NCBI GenBank assembly: GCA_036785375.1 | Contig: JAWMAR010000026.1 | Location: forward strand, 7,874,001-7,938,000 | Direction of reading: 5' to 3' | Source: Leucoraja ocellata | Taxonomy: Eukaryota | Length of the DNA: 64,000 nucleotides | Shown here: in pieces, positions 1 through 12,900 of the stretch | Numbering within the stretch: position 1 is the stretch's first letter | Layout of the letters: every line of letters begins with the position of its first letter | Notes under the pieces: model-generated | The model's database searches: none | What the model was told of the DNA's origin: nothing | Seen by the model: the letters and a program-made list of their open reading frames with translations, nothing else | Program-made: the position numbers and the translations under genes

Positions 1-431
1 CTCTTCCATTGTCAAAGTGAGGTCCACCGCAAATTGGATGAACAATTGAATGACTCTAACGTCCAATATATAAACAAACACTTGTTCTAACGCAGGCGAA
101 ATGGTACATCGTATGGGGTCACCCACTACCATAGTTGCATATGTCTTTTACGTATTCACGACGGGCACTACAATGCTACCTGTATTGTACTGATGTTATG
201 CTGTGCTTTGGAAATAAACATCCAATACATAAGATACGTTTTGATTAATATCGCTAACACGTCTTGTTTATACATATCAGCATGCAGACCATCTATGGTA
301 TGATTTACCAATTACAATATTTATAGTATTCATCTGGCTGAATGAATCATTAAAATCTGAAAAAACACGTTACTTGCAGGGCAATATCACAGTCGCGAAA
401 TCGCATTCGTTACACGTTTAAACATACTTAC

Positions 432-968
432 CCCACACAACTAATGTCGATCCGGTTCCGTTGCCAACTAAAGTGCCCCGGCGGGTGATGGTACAATAAT
501 ATACTCCGGCATCCTGTCGGCTCACATTGGCTATTTTCAGGAAGCCACTGAATTTAGTGCTGACGCCGGAAATCGTTCTCCCGTCAGGGTCTGGGATGAA
601 AAAAGTATTTTCACCCTGTTTCCACCAATGTACGCTTACGCTGGGCCCTTCACGAAAGAAGGGAAGAGAGCAGTGAAACGAAGCATGTTGGCCCGTCGAG
701 ACATTTACTGCTTGAGGAAATTGATTTACTTCGTCTGCAGTTTCCCCAGAGCCTAAAGGAAAGAAAAACAGGCCAGATTAGGAATATTTCACCCCAGAAG
801 GTTAAACGCAAGAGCAGGGCTAAATGCAAATGGAAATAAAGACACGCATTAAAGAAACCTTGAATAGATGTAGGTTTTAGTCGGTATAAACGGTTTATGG
901 GGATGCCATGTACCTGTGAAAATTATCCCCCAAAAAGAGAAACAGCGAAGTGCAATACTGGACAACAT
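432..968 (-). CDS. Gene A (partial): VJ-type IgSF receptor, leader exon 914-968 plus VJ exon 432-752; remaining exons lie left of the window
   Basis: Leader [18 protein letters not shown] (55 nt, GT donor). The 321-nt phase-1/1 exon reads [106 protein letters not shown], flanked by a pyrimidine tract plus AG and by GTAAGT. Canonical C, W, DxGxYYC and a J-like G-strand are present. Confidence 0.9.
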
Positions 969-1705
969 TCTGCAGCAAGTGATCACAGGGCGTGTGGAGC
1001 AGTGAACGTATCTGAAGGTTGAATTGTCAGACGATGAAGCGCGTCACTCCTTCTGTGACTGCAGCGCGGCTCATGTCGATGTGGCGAGACTTAAGTTTAC
1101 TTGCATTGCTGTCAACAGCGGCACAATCTGCTGTGGACTTTCACTGAATGAAGAGATAGCAATACACCAAACAAATATAACACAAGCTATGATGACGACA
1201 TTTAAACGCTAATCCCCATTTTTGAAATTCCCCTGCTCTCCATACTGAATTTAGCTTGATTTTCCGCACAGGATGAAGAGAAAAGTCCCATTTTGCTCAG
1301 TTAGTCTCTGCAAAAACATCGGTACACTGTTGTGCAATGATAGCGGATGTTTGCATAATTTCAGCAGAAAAATCTGCGCAATCATTTCAGATAAGATTGG
1401 TGAGACCCATTGGTCTATAGTTTAGCAAAGAAATAGATAATACATACTTAAAGTTCATAACAGAGGGATGTATTCGCCATTCAATAGAGATTGCAGGTGA
1501 AACTGCGTCGGGTTTAACAGGAAACAACCATAAATTGCTTCACCGCTGCTTCTGAGGCATTCGTTCTTCTGTTGTCGGCGTTTCTGCTTTCGCCACCACC
1601 GAAAAGCTCTCAGTGTTACGTCGGTTTTGTGAAACGGTTTTGTATTATTCAGTGAGAAAATCCATAATCGACGAGGATGGCGGTGGGCGGGCACTGTGAA
1701 ACAGG

Positions 1706-2447
1706 TAGCAGGGGACCGGGGGTCAAATTAGATGGATGATGTGAGTAAAATCCAGGTTAGACGGGAAGTGGTGTTAGGTAAATTGAATGGATTAAAGACC
1801 TATAAATCACCAGGGCCAGATAGGCTGCATACCAGAGTACTTAAGGAGGTAGCCCCAGAAATAGTGGGTGCATTAGTGATAACTTTTCAAAATTCTTTAG
1901 ATTCTGGAGTAGTTCCTGAAGATTGGAGGGTAGCTAATGTAACCCCACTTTTTAAAAAGGGAGGGAGAGAGAAAACGGGGAATTACAGTCCAGTTAGTCT
2001 AACACCGGTAGTGGGGAAACTGCTAGAGTCAGTTATTAAAGATGGGATAGCAGCACATTTGGAAAGTGGTGAAATCATTGGACAAAGTCAGCGTGGATTT
2101 ATGAAAGGTAAATCATGTCTGACGAATCTTATAGAAATGTTAGAGGATTTAACTAGTAGAGTGGATAAGGGAGACCCAGTGGATGTGTTATATCTGGACT
2201 TCCAGAATGCTTTCGACAAGGTCCCACATAAGAGATTAGTATACAAACTTAAAGCACACGGTATTGATGTGGATAGAGAACTGGCTGGCAGACAGGAAAC
2301 AAAGAGTCGGAGTAAACGGGTCCTTTTCAGAATGGCTGGCCGTGACTAGTGGGGTACCGCAAGGCTCAGTGCTGGGACCCCAGCTATTTACAATATATAC
2401 TAATGGTTTGGACGAGGGAATTGTATGCAACATCTCCAAGTTTCGCT
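1706..2447 (+). mobile_element. CR1 (HER1-type) LINE internal RT fragment
   Basis: KSPGPDRLH...[16 protein letters not shown]...YLDFQNAFDKVPH and [10 protein letters not shown]; near-identical to other CR1 copies in the window. Confidence 0.9.
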
Positions 2448-2944
2448 AATTGCATGAGTTGTGGTTATATAAAAATAGCCTGGCAAAGTTTGCTGGGATG
2501 CAGGGAAATCCGTACCTCACTGTTAGTTATTTTTCTATCTTCCTAGATGCTCCAATGCACTTGCATAAGTCCTTCGGACAGTGTAGTCTGAACTGCTTTA
2601 CTTCCTGTGGACGCGAAACCTGAAGGTAACTGGAGACTCCACAGATATCCAGATGGAATGCAATCAGAAAGCAAAGAGGCCCAGTCCTGCTTTATGCACA
2701 CGGTGCTACAAGCTACTGTATATGCAAGGCGGGTGCCACAGTTGGAAGTAATGACCTGGATCAGTAAATGCCTAAAGTAGTTGAAAGTACTGACCTCAAT
2801 TAGAGGGTTTACACTATAGTATTGTCACATCCTTGTGTGCTGGTTGTCAATCAATGCCTGAATCCCAATAATCCATGGAAATCCATATATTACAAGGACT
2901 AAGGGACTCTGGACAGAGACGTTTCCTTATATCATGACATAACC

Positions 2945-3322
2945 GTTCTCTTAATGAAAGCAAGACAAAGAAGTTATGATCGTCTTCGGCAAGCGAAGCG
3001 GTGCACATACCCTGGTATACATTGATGCTGCTAAAGTAAAGATGGCTGAAAGCTCCAGGTTTTTAGGAATACATATCACCAACAATTTGTCCTGGACCAG
3101 CCACGTCGATACAATGGCAAATAAAGCACACCAATACCTCTACTCTCTTAGAAGGCTTGGGCAATTACGCATGTCCCCAACAGCCCAGCCTCAAAAGATG
3201 TGTCATTGAAAACATTTTATCGGGCCGCATCAAGGCATGGTTTGGGAACAGCTACTCCCAAGACAGCTAGAAATTACAGAGAGTTGCGGACGTACTCCAG
3301 ACTACCACGTAGACCAACCTCT
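2945..3322 (+). mobile_element. Degenerate Rex1/Babar-like LINE RT fragment
   Basis: RFLGIHITNNLSWTSHVDTMANKAHQYLYSLRRL. Confidence 0.6.
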
Positions 3323-4084
3323 CTTCGGAGTCAGGGGATATGGGGAGAAGGTAGGAACGGGCTAATGAATGTGGATGATCAGCCATGATCACATTGAATG
3401 GCGGTACTGGCTCGAAGGGCCAAATGGCCTACTCCTGCACCTATTGTCTATTGTCTATTGTTGTTAATCCCGCACCTGACTGCTCAAATTAACAAAGAGG
3501 TGACTGGACACACGTAAGCACACACAGGTATATATGGGAAAATACCAATGTGGATTCGCGTTTGATTCATTGAATCAGAATGGAGAACAGTGAACAAATG
3601 AATCAGAGTGAAGTGGAGGGATGAGATACACCTGTATTTGGAATGGTATCCGTACAGTGGATATAGTAAGCATGGTTTTGTGCATGAGAGACAAATTTCC
3701 CAGAGTATTTTGAAGAAGCAGCAAGGAAGATTGCTGGTGCCTGGGACATAGACGTCGTCTAAATGGACTTTAGCAAGGCCTTTGAGAAATAAAAGGGACA
3801 GTATAGCATTGGAACAGGCCCTTTGGCCAAGTATATCTGCTCCGAAGATGATGCAGAACTTATTTCTGGTATCATCTCAAGATTAGACTAATTCCGTATG
3901 ATATGATTATTGTCGTCTTGTGTAAAATTTCGTTTACCTTAGCTTACATGGGACTATCATCAAAGCGATAACGTCTGCTTATCTGCCCATAGCCGTGAAG
4001 CATTCGATATATTTTCAAGTCGAACAGAGGGAGAAATTTTAACCTAACCCGATTTTCATTATGAGGTATAATTTCTAAATGTTT

Positions 4085-4375
4085 AAAGATACTGCATGGA
4101 AACAGTCTCTTGGTTCACTGAGCCCACGCTGTACATTGATCATCCCTTCATACTCTGTCTATGGTTATCCCACTTTCTCATCCAATGTCACCACACTAGG
4201 AACAATATACAGCGGCCAATTAACCTACAATCCTGCGTACCCGGAGAAAACACATGCAGTCACCGGGAAAACGTGCACACTCCACATAGACACCACCTGA
4301 AGTCAGGATCGAACTCAGGTATTTGGCGCTGATAGTCAACAGCTGTGCATACATACTGTGCCACTGTGCGGCCCC
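4085..4375 (-). mobile_element. tRNA-derived V-SINE (HE1-like)
   Basis: Reverse strand shows a tRNA-like head (GTTCGATCC B box) and the GTGGAGTGTGCACGTTTTCCCGGTGACTGCATGTGTTTTCTCCGGGT core shared with other copies. Confidence 0.7.
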
Positions 4376-5644
4376 ACATTCCATCAGTGTCAAATCGAAC
4401 CCATTCAAGTGTGTGGTGGATGTGTGTGTGTCTGTGTATGTGCGTTTCTGTGCGTGTGTGCGTGTGCGCAGGCCGGGGCAACTGATTGAGAAAGATTTAT
4501 ATATATATTGTGAAATAATAAGGCCCCGGCACTGATACCTCACGGTACGCTAGTAGTAATTGCCTGCCACCATGAGTAAACCATTCATCGTGTTTATGGT
4601 GGTAAGAAGTTAGCAATAGCGTTTCGCTGATTCTGTCTGCCACAATGCGTTGAACCAGATTCATCAAATAAACAAATCTCGCTACGACATTTAAAAGACC
4701 ATTGGACATACATGGATAAGAATCACGTGGAGGGATGGGGTTTAGGAGCAGCCACCTGGGACTAGGTCGGTTGGCATAGACGAGTTGGGCTAATGTCCGG
4801 TTTCAGTGCAGTGTAGCTCTGTGCCTCTATGTATTCAATAGATTTGGGTGAAACATGACTCCACGTAAAGATATTCACGCCGAATATATCCTACTCTCTT
4901 AACATGATTTGGATGCTCTATCGTCTATCATAACGAGTATCGTAAATATCGCAAGGATGTCAGGCGCATTTTGGCCACTTAAGGATATAATGAAAATAGG
5001 ACGGTGAAACAGTAAGTTGTGAAATTATCAGAATGTGGAAATCTTACAGAGGATGTTAGTAACAATACCAGAAAATGGATACAATATATTCCTGCACTAA
5101 CCTTTTCTTTCCATGTTTTCTTTACAATCAAATGAAGGACACTAACCATTCATCCACACGTGTTAGATTCATCAATAACATCTATTAAATTATGAAATTA
5201 CAATGCAAGGATTTATTATTGGATATCATATTCCACGTTGAATGTCCAGTACATTGTTAGACATTTATTGTTTTGGAAAGCAGGTCGTGGAAGTGCTACA
5301 GTTCTACCTTTTAAAAGTATTCGTCAGTGATGTTTAGCGAATTTTGGACGATGGGAATATTGACCTGCAAGGACCTTTGATGATCGTTTCTCGGCACCCA
5401 GCAAATCACATGAACAGTGGATTGTAGACGATAATAGCAATTAAAAAAGATGTTCGTCGCTTGTCTCGCATATACAACGATTTAGTGAAACATAAATGTG
5501 CCCAATTATATTTATTGAATGACTGGGATTAACCTTCTTGATCCAAGTTGAAAATTCTGGGAACAATCCGACATCGTTGACATGGATTGCTCGTGCAACG
5601 AGTAGGCAGACCTTGTTGGGGGGGGGGGGGGGGGGGGGGGGGAA

Positions 5645-5912
5645 TAAGGAATTAAGAAATAAGGGACAAAAGTTTAGGGGTAACATGAGGGGGAACATCT
5701 TTACTCACAGAGTGGTAGCTGTGTGGAATGAGCTTCCAGTGAAAGTGGTGGAGGCAAAATAAATTGGATAGGTATATGGACGGGAAAGGAATGGAGAGTT
5801 TTGAGCTGAGTGCAGGTAGATGGGGCTAGTTGAGAGCAAGTGTTCGGCACGGACTAGAAGGGCCGAGATGGCCTATTTCCGTACTGTAATTGTTATATGG
5901 TTATATGGTTAT
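5645..5912 (+). mobile_element. CR1 3' end of a second subfamily with (ATATGGTT)n tail
   Basis: FRGNMRGNIFTHRVVAVWNELP C-terminus followed by 3' UTR and octamer tail; preceded by a poly-G run. Confidence 0.75.
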
Positions 5913-5957
5913 ATATCTGCCCATCCCATTGCCTGCTCGCCTACTTCCGTTATGTTC

Positions 5958-6767
5958 ATTATCCATTTTGGTGGCAAAAACAGGAAAGCAGACTATTATC
6001 TAAATGGTGGCTGATTGGGAAAGGGGGAGATGCAGCGAGACCTGGGTGTCATGGTACACCAGTCATTGAAGGTAGGCATGCAGGTGCAGCAGGCAGTAGA
6101 GAAAGCGAATGGTATGTTAGCTTTCATTGCAAAAGGATTTGAGTATAGGAGCAGGGAGGTTCTACTGCAGTTGTACAGGGTCTTGGTGAGACCACACCTG
6201 GAGTATTGCGTACAGTTTTGGTCTCCAAATCTGAGGAAGGACATTATTGCCATAGAGAGAGTGCAGAGACGGTTCACCAGACGGATTCCTGGGATGTCAG
6301 GACTGTCTTATGAAGAAAGACTGGATAGACTTGGTTTATACTCTCTAGAATTTAGGAGATTGAGAGGGGATCTTATAGAAACTTACAAAATTCTTAAGGG
6401 GTTGGACAGGCTAGATGCAGGAAGATTGTTCCCGATGTTAGGGAAGTCCAGGACAAGGGGTCACAGCTTAAGGATAAGGGGAAATCCTTTAAAACCGAGA
6501 TGAGAAGAACTTTTTTCACACAGAGAGTGGTGAATCTCTGGAACTCTCTGCCACAGAGGGTAGTTGAGGCCAGTTAATTGGCTATATTTAAGAGGGAGTT
6601 AGATGTGGCCCTTGTGGCTAAGGGGATCAGGGGGTATGGAGAGAAGGCAGGTACGGGATACTGAGTTGGATGATCAGCCGTGATCATATTGAATGGCGGT
6701 GCAGGCTCGAAGGGCCGAATGGCCTATTCCTGCACCTAATTTCTATGTTTCTATGTTTCTATGTTTC
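5958..6767 (+). mobile_element. 5'-truncated CR1 LINE
   Basis: ORF2 C-terminus ([19 protein letters not shown]) and (TTTCTATG)n tail. Confidence 0.92.
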
Positions 6768-7097
6768 TTGCATAGGTGACACTGAAGAGAGCGCAGGGAA
6801 TGTTGATTCTAGGCTTTCAACGATCAATGGACTCCACAGAGATTGGAATGCTCCATCGAGACAACAAAAACAATATTTTATTATGTTTTTACTAATTCAA
6901 TTGTTTAATAATGTTATGCATAAACAGAAATATAAATTCAAATAATTTCCATAATATTGTCCTATCAAAAAGAAGGGTTTCGGCCCGAAAAGTTGCCTAT
7001 TTCCTTCGCTCCATAGATGCTGCTGCACCGCTGAGTTTCTCCAGCTTTTTGTGTACCTTCGATTTTCCAGCATCTGCAGTCCCCTCTTAAACACTCC

Positions 7098-7447
7098 GAT
7101 GCTAGATGCAGGAAGATTGTTCCCGGTGTTGGGGAAGTCCAGAACAAGGGGTCACAGTTTAAGGATAAGGGGGAAATCTTTTAAGACCGAGATGAGGAAA
7201 ACATTTTTCACACAGAGAGTGATGAATCTCTGGAATTCTCTGCCACAGAAGGTAGTTGAGGCCAGTCCATTAGCTATATTTAAGAGGGAGTTAGATGTGG
7301 CCCTTGTGGCTTAAGGGATCAGGGGGTATGGAGAGAAGGCAGGTACAGGATACTGGGTTGGATGATCAGCCATGATCATATTGAATGGCGGTGCAGGCTC
7401 GAAGGGCCGAATGGCCTACTCCTGCACCTAGTTTCTATGTTTCTATG
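7098..7447 (+). mobile_element. CR1 3' end, adjacent to a Penelope terminal fragment (6966-7085)
   Basis: Same 3' UTR and tail as the other CR1 copies. Confidence 0.88.
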
Positions 7448-8953
7448 AATATACGTGTTGGTTTATATTTAGCGCCAAACGAAATACTCGCCATATTATC
7501 ATGGGACACAATTGCACAAGGATTTGTTGTTATTAGAATTTGTGCATACACTTATTTTAGTTTATCAATTCTCAAACAAAGACATAATCTTTTTGACCCG
7601 TGTGTTAATTATATGTAGCGTGGAAGATCACTTTAAAATGTACCCGCCAGCTTCAGGGCCCATGCTCCAGATTGTTGGCGTGGCTCGTCGTCGTCGCCGT
7701 CCCGCCATCTCAATTCTGGAAAGAGTCCAACTGCGCAGGCGCGGCTGAGGACTCGTTGGGTGCCCTTCGCGACGACAGTAAAGATGCGCACGGGAACTGT
7801 CCCCAAAATGCGCAGTCGCGGGTTTTACGGTTTTTAAACCTTAATAAGTTTTTAAATATACCATCGATCTGAACAAAACTTATTGAATTTACAGCACAGG
7901 ACAAAGGGGAGCAAGGTGGGGAAAACCGGTTTTTGTGCAAATAGAAAAACAATGCAAAGCTGCAGATATCAAGATGAGTTTGAATTACATACATAGATAA
8001 ACACGACATATAACATTACAAGTATTAGTACTACAATATTTAACTCGTGTACTAAAGATGTCACAAGACCAATGACTTGGACTCATATTACTCATATGAA
8101 TGAATTGGCCGGAAAGGGTCAAGGGTTAAAGAAAACAACAAGGACACAATCCCCACATGATGTGAAACATTCCTCACATCAACCAAATCTCCATAATTTT
8201 CGTTATACATTCCAAACTCTGTTTTATGAAGGAAGTTAGATGGTGTACAGTTATTCTGACCCACATCACCACAGTTGAATCATAGGAACTTACGAAGATA
8301 GGTGGAGGGGTAGGTAGTGTAGAGAAAGCAGGGACACTGCAGAATGAATTGGGCAGGTTGAGAGAGTGGGCTGAGAAGTGTCTGGTGGAATACAGCATAG
8401 CAAAGTGCGGAGACATGTATTTTGGTAGTAGGAATAAAGGCATAGACTATTTTCTAAATGGGGGAGAATTCAGACTTGGGAACGCCCCTTTTATTGGTGG
8501 TATCTATTTAAACGTTTAAGTTTCTCCATGTTGAACATCCCCTCCAGTCGGAATTGTTTGAGGTGCAATTTGGTAGAGTAAATTAATATGCCAGCCTACA
8601 CATTATTTCAGGGAACATATCACATGGCGCTGATCGTTATCTTCGTAGTTCATATAAGGATAACTTAGGGGGAATTTGCCATGAATAGACATAACATTTA
8701 GTTGCAACGAATTCATGAAATATGACTTCCACTCACGATGAACAAACACGGCATCTATCAATGCAATTGCAAAAGTCGCCATTGAGTTATTTCTATTTGA
8801 AAAAGATCAACAGCAAGAAATAAAAATACAAATGCACACAAGCTAAATTATTGATGTCAAACAAATATAGTTAAATGACAACAAGAATGTTTCCACGTTG
8901 ATAATGCATAATTTGGCACGGATTTTATGTTGATGCCGTTAAATTCTAGTCCT

Positions 8954-9988
8954 TCATTTTTTCTTCGATTTGGCCCCATCTGTTTTCGAGAATCCATTCA
9001 GCTCCTCAGAGGCAGAAATCAGCTTCTGACTGGTTTTCACTAGTTTAATCTGTGAATACAATGTTTACGAAAAGGTCATTATTTATAGAAGAAAGCCACT
9101 TAAAAAAAAAAAAACACGTTTACTGTTCCGAATGACTTGCAACAACCCACAACCTACCTCTGCGTATGTGGTTCTTTCCTCCGTGCCTTTCATATTTGAA
9201 ACCATCTTTGACTTGGATAAATCTAATTCTGCATATGAGCAGAACTCATCATTTTCTTTTCCCGTTCGCTGCAAAATAATGTTTTATTCATATGTATCAC
9301 TCCTTATATGCAATTGAATTCGGATAGTGAATGCACAAGGGCAATTTCTCAAAAGAGTAAAAAAAATGCCATGGCAGCATGCCGAAAATCTTTACACGTT
9401 TGACTAATTTTATCAATGACATAACGTTTTCTTTTAAAACGCTGGAACATTTTGGGTCCTGCTTGTTAATCGATTTGAGCTCATCCTAATTGTTTCTGTG
9501 TTGTACGACTCCGGAATCACGTAGTACCCACACAGAATCATGCCATCCCGCCCACCGGGCTATGCTGATCTTTACGGCCTTGTACATTAATACCACTTGC
9601 TCTTATTCCCCACCTTATTCCCCATCTATTTACCTTGGTATCCTAAAGATTTTCGTACATAGAAATTGCATTTACCTCCATCGTCTGCTCTTGCTGTGCT
9701 TTTCAGGTCTCAACTGCTCCTTCTACAAGAACGACTGAATTCACTTCATTCTAAAACGTTCATCTTAATTAAAAGGAACCCACAATTGACAAAAAAATTG
9801 TAGTTCAAAACTAGGATGTCAGAGCTGTTCAAGGTGCATAAATAAATCCAATCGATATTCATGCGATATAGTTACAGGTTACTGTACTTGAGTGGAGAGC
9901 GTTAATGCCATAGGTTGAAATAACTCGTAAAAATCTTAGCTTACCGTGTCTTCAGCAATGTTTAAGGCGTTCGCCTGCCGTCCATTCC
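8954..9988 (-). CDS. Gene B cytoplasmic exons (9945-9988, 9158-9268, 8954-9049) with CSYAEL and TTYAEI motifs
   Basis: [15 protein letters not shown] | [37 protein letters not shown] | [31 protein letters not shown]; all junctions GT/AG and in frame. Confidence 0.8.
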
Positions 9989-12900
9989 CTAATAGAAAGT
10001 AAATTGAGGCCTCGGTGTTTAAACATGCGTTATATATACAATTGCTGCTGATTCTCACTACTTTGGCAGTACATTGACTGTAAATAACACATTTTTGCTT
10101 TGTTCAGATGCAGCTCCTCTGTCATCTTAATAGACACTAAACTTTATATTGCGCTAAACCACAGAGTAAGCAATATCTGTCAGGCATGATTACGCTCGCG
10201 ACCGAGCTGAAACAATCTCCACGTGTTTGTGCTGTGAAGCACTGCAGCATTTTATTTTGCAGATATTGCATCTCATCAAGATGGGTTTTGGGTCTAAAGG
10301 TTGTTACTTGTTTGTTATATCTGCTTTGGGGGAACATGTTGAACGAATCCTATGGTCCAAGTGGAATAGGATCTGACTGAATGATACTCCTCCGATGTGT
10401 GAAATGAATTTGCAGTATCACTTGTGAGTTCATTTCAGAAATTGTATGAATTATGTGAGAGGGGAGGGATTGCGGTAGAGTGGAAGGAAAAAACATGTCC
10501 TGGTGGACAGGAGGGGCATTGCAGGGCGGAAAGATTGGACTCAGTTGAAGAAGTAGAAATTATTAAGGAGAAATTTAAACTACTGGCAGTTGGCTGAATA
10601 TGTTTCTTTTTTTCTTTGAGGGGTACGACCATGGATCAGGCTGGAATCATGAGCGTTCCAACTAGGTCACATATAACGATCACGACCAGGCGAACTATTT
10701 GGAATAAGGAACGAAACCGAGGAATGGATAAAGTTATAAATGATGGTAAACATAGAAACATAGACACATAGAAATTAGGTGCAGGAGTAGGCCATTCGGC
10801 CCTTCGAGCCTGCACCGCCATTCAATATGATCATGGCTGATCATCCAACTCAGTATCCCGTACCTGCCTTCTCTCCATACCCCCTGATCCCCTTAGCCAC
10901 AAGGGCCACATCTAACTCCCTCTTAAATATAGCCAATGAACTGACCTCAACTACCCTCTGTGGCAGAGAGTTCCAGAGATTCACCACTCTCTGCGTGAAA
11001 AAAGTTCTTCTCATAGTAGAAATGCAAATATCTGCATTGATAAAGCCAGCTCAACCATAGGACAAACTGTGCTGTATGAGCGGAAATATATACTTGGGAA
11101 TTGTCATGCTTAGTTCTCTAGAGATTAAAATGGGGAGATGAAAACGTTTATTATGTCTTGTTGTAGAATCGGAGACCCCATTACAGTATTATGGAAAAGC
11201 CAATATCATGTGGTGTTGTTAAATAAATGTCCACCATGTTCGCCTTTGACCACCACGACTCTGTACGATCAGGATATTAAGGTGGTGGATTGTGACTGTT
11301 CGTGATGGCTATTAAGGAAGAAAAAGTAACCCTGATTCTTGTCTCATTCAGGTAATGCTTTTAGACATTTCGGAATGATGCACTAGTGAGGAATTATTTA
11401 AACATATGTTAAGGCAGCAGCAGAACCCGAAGCGGGATCAACATAGATAATGCATAGATAATGCGAGCAGTGTATGCAACGGGGCTATTCTTGATTTCAT
11501 GACCAATTATAACAGCTGATGGAAAAGACACAGAGAGTGGCGGCAAAGTGAATTAAAAATGACAAAAACACCATGTGACGCAGGGGAAGAAGCAGCGCAA
11601 GTATTTCTTAGGGATGTTAAAATACTCAAAGCATATGAGGAGACAACAAATAGAATGATAGACTGCGTGAGTAATATTTTTTCAGCAAGAACATAGGGAG
11701 CATGTGCGAGGTGTCAATCTCATCTGACCAGGGTCAAAGCGACGGGAGGCTTTCTATAATTAACTAGCCACCAAGTCGCCAATTGGATATCGACTCAACC
11801 ACTAAAGCAGTGGAGTCAAGATATGCGAAATGATTGCAACCTACGATCACTGACTACAGCTAGGCAAAGGGATCAAATATACCATGGACATCTGGGAGCA
11901 TGTATAATATGAGTTATGCTCCATGCCTCACACCGATTGAAGAATATAAGATTAGTCCCATACCAGCTTGAATAAAAGTACACAATGCCCCAGACCCGGC
12001 TGAAATGATTGACGAGCAAACAATGGCCATCTGTTTGGATGTATATCATCAAACGGCGAATGACTGGGCATGCCCAGAATATATTAATTAATATGATAGA
12101 GTATAGTTAGAGAGACTAAGAGTCGTGGAGGTATAGAGCCACACAAAACTATATCTTGCGTGACTCTATAAACGCACGTTGGCGCAACGGTTGGGTTGCT
12201 GCCTTACAGCGACAAAGACCCGGATTCGATCCTAACTACGGGTGCTGCTGGTACGGAGTTTGTAGTTTCTCCCTGTGACCTGCGTGGGTTTTCTCCTGGA
12301 GCTCCGGTTTCCTCCCACACCCCAAAGACGTACAGGTTTGTAGGTTAATTGGCTTGGTAAAGTTGTAAATTGTCCCTAGTATGTGTAGGATAGAATTAAT
12401 ATGCAGGGGTCGCTGGTCGGCGCTAGGTCGGTGGGCCGAACGGCCAGTTTCTGTGCTGTATGTCGAAACTCTAAAATCTAAACACGGAAACAGACCTTCG
12501 ACTCGACTTGCTCCTGTCGACCAAAATGCCACAACCACGCTAGTCGCTCTTGCACGCATTTGGTGGTATCTATGTAAACCTTTCATATACATGTACCCGT
12601 CCAAATGTATTTAAAATGTTGTTATGTTACGTGCTCCTACCACCTCCCATAGCAGCTCTGTCCGTTTACTCAACACCAAGAAAAATGTTGAAAGATAGAA
12701 CACCTGTGCGAAGATAACTGAAAGGTCGTGCTAGGAGAGGCAATGAATAGACGTTTACGGAGGTTTTAGATGACATGGCATAGCGTGGTGGTGTAAAGAT
12801 AAACACAGTGGATTGTAAATCAGGCTGAGTGCAATAATACTGATCCTAACCAAATTAACCCTGGCCCTAACCAGGCAAGAGAAGATTGAAAATTAGTCTG

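Noticed and set aside
10827-11060. Recurrent ORFs such as [15 protein letters not shown]... and ...[14 protein letters not shown]... as a gene family
   Set aside because: Antisense readings of CR1 ORF2 and its 3' UTR.
12172-12240. tRNA genes
   Set aside because: The A/B-box sequences are degenerate heads of V-SINEs and continue into the SINE core.
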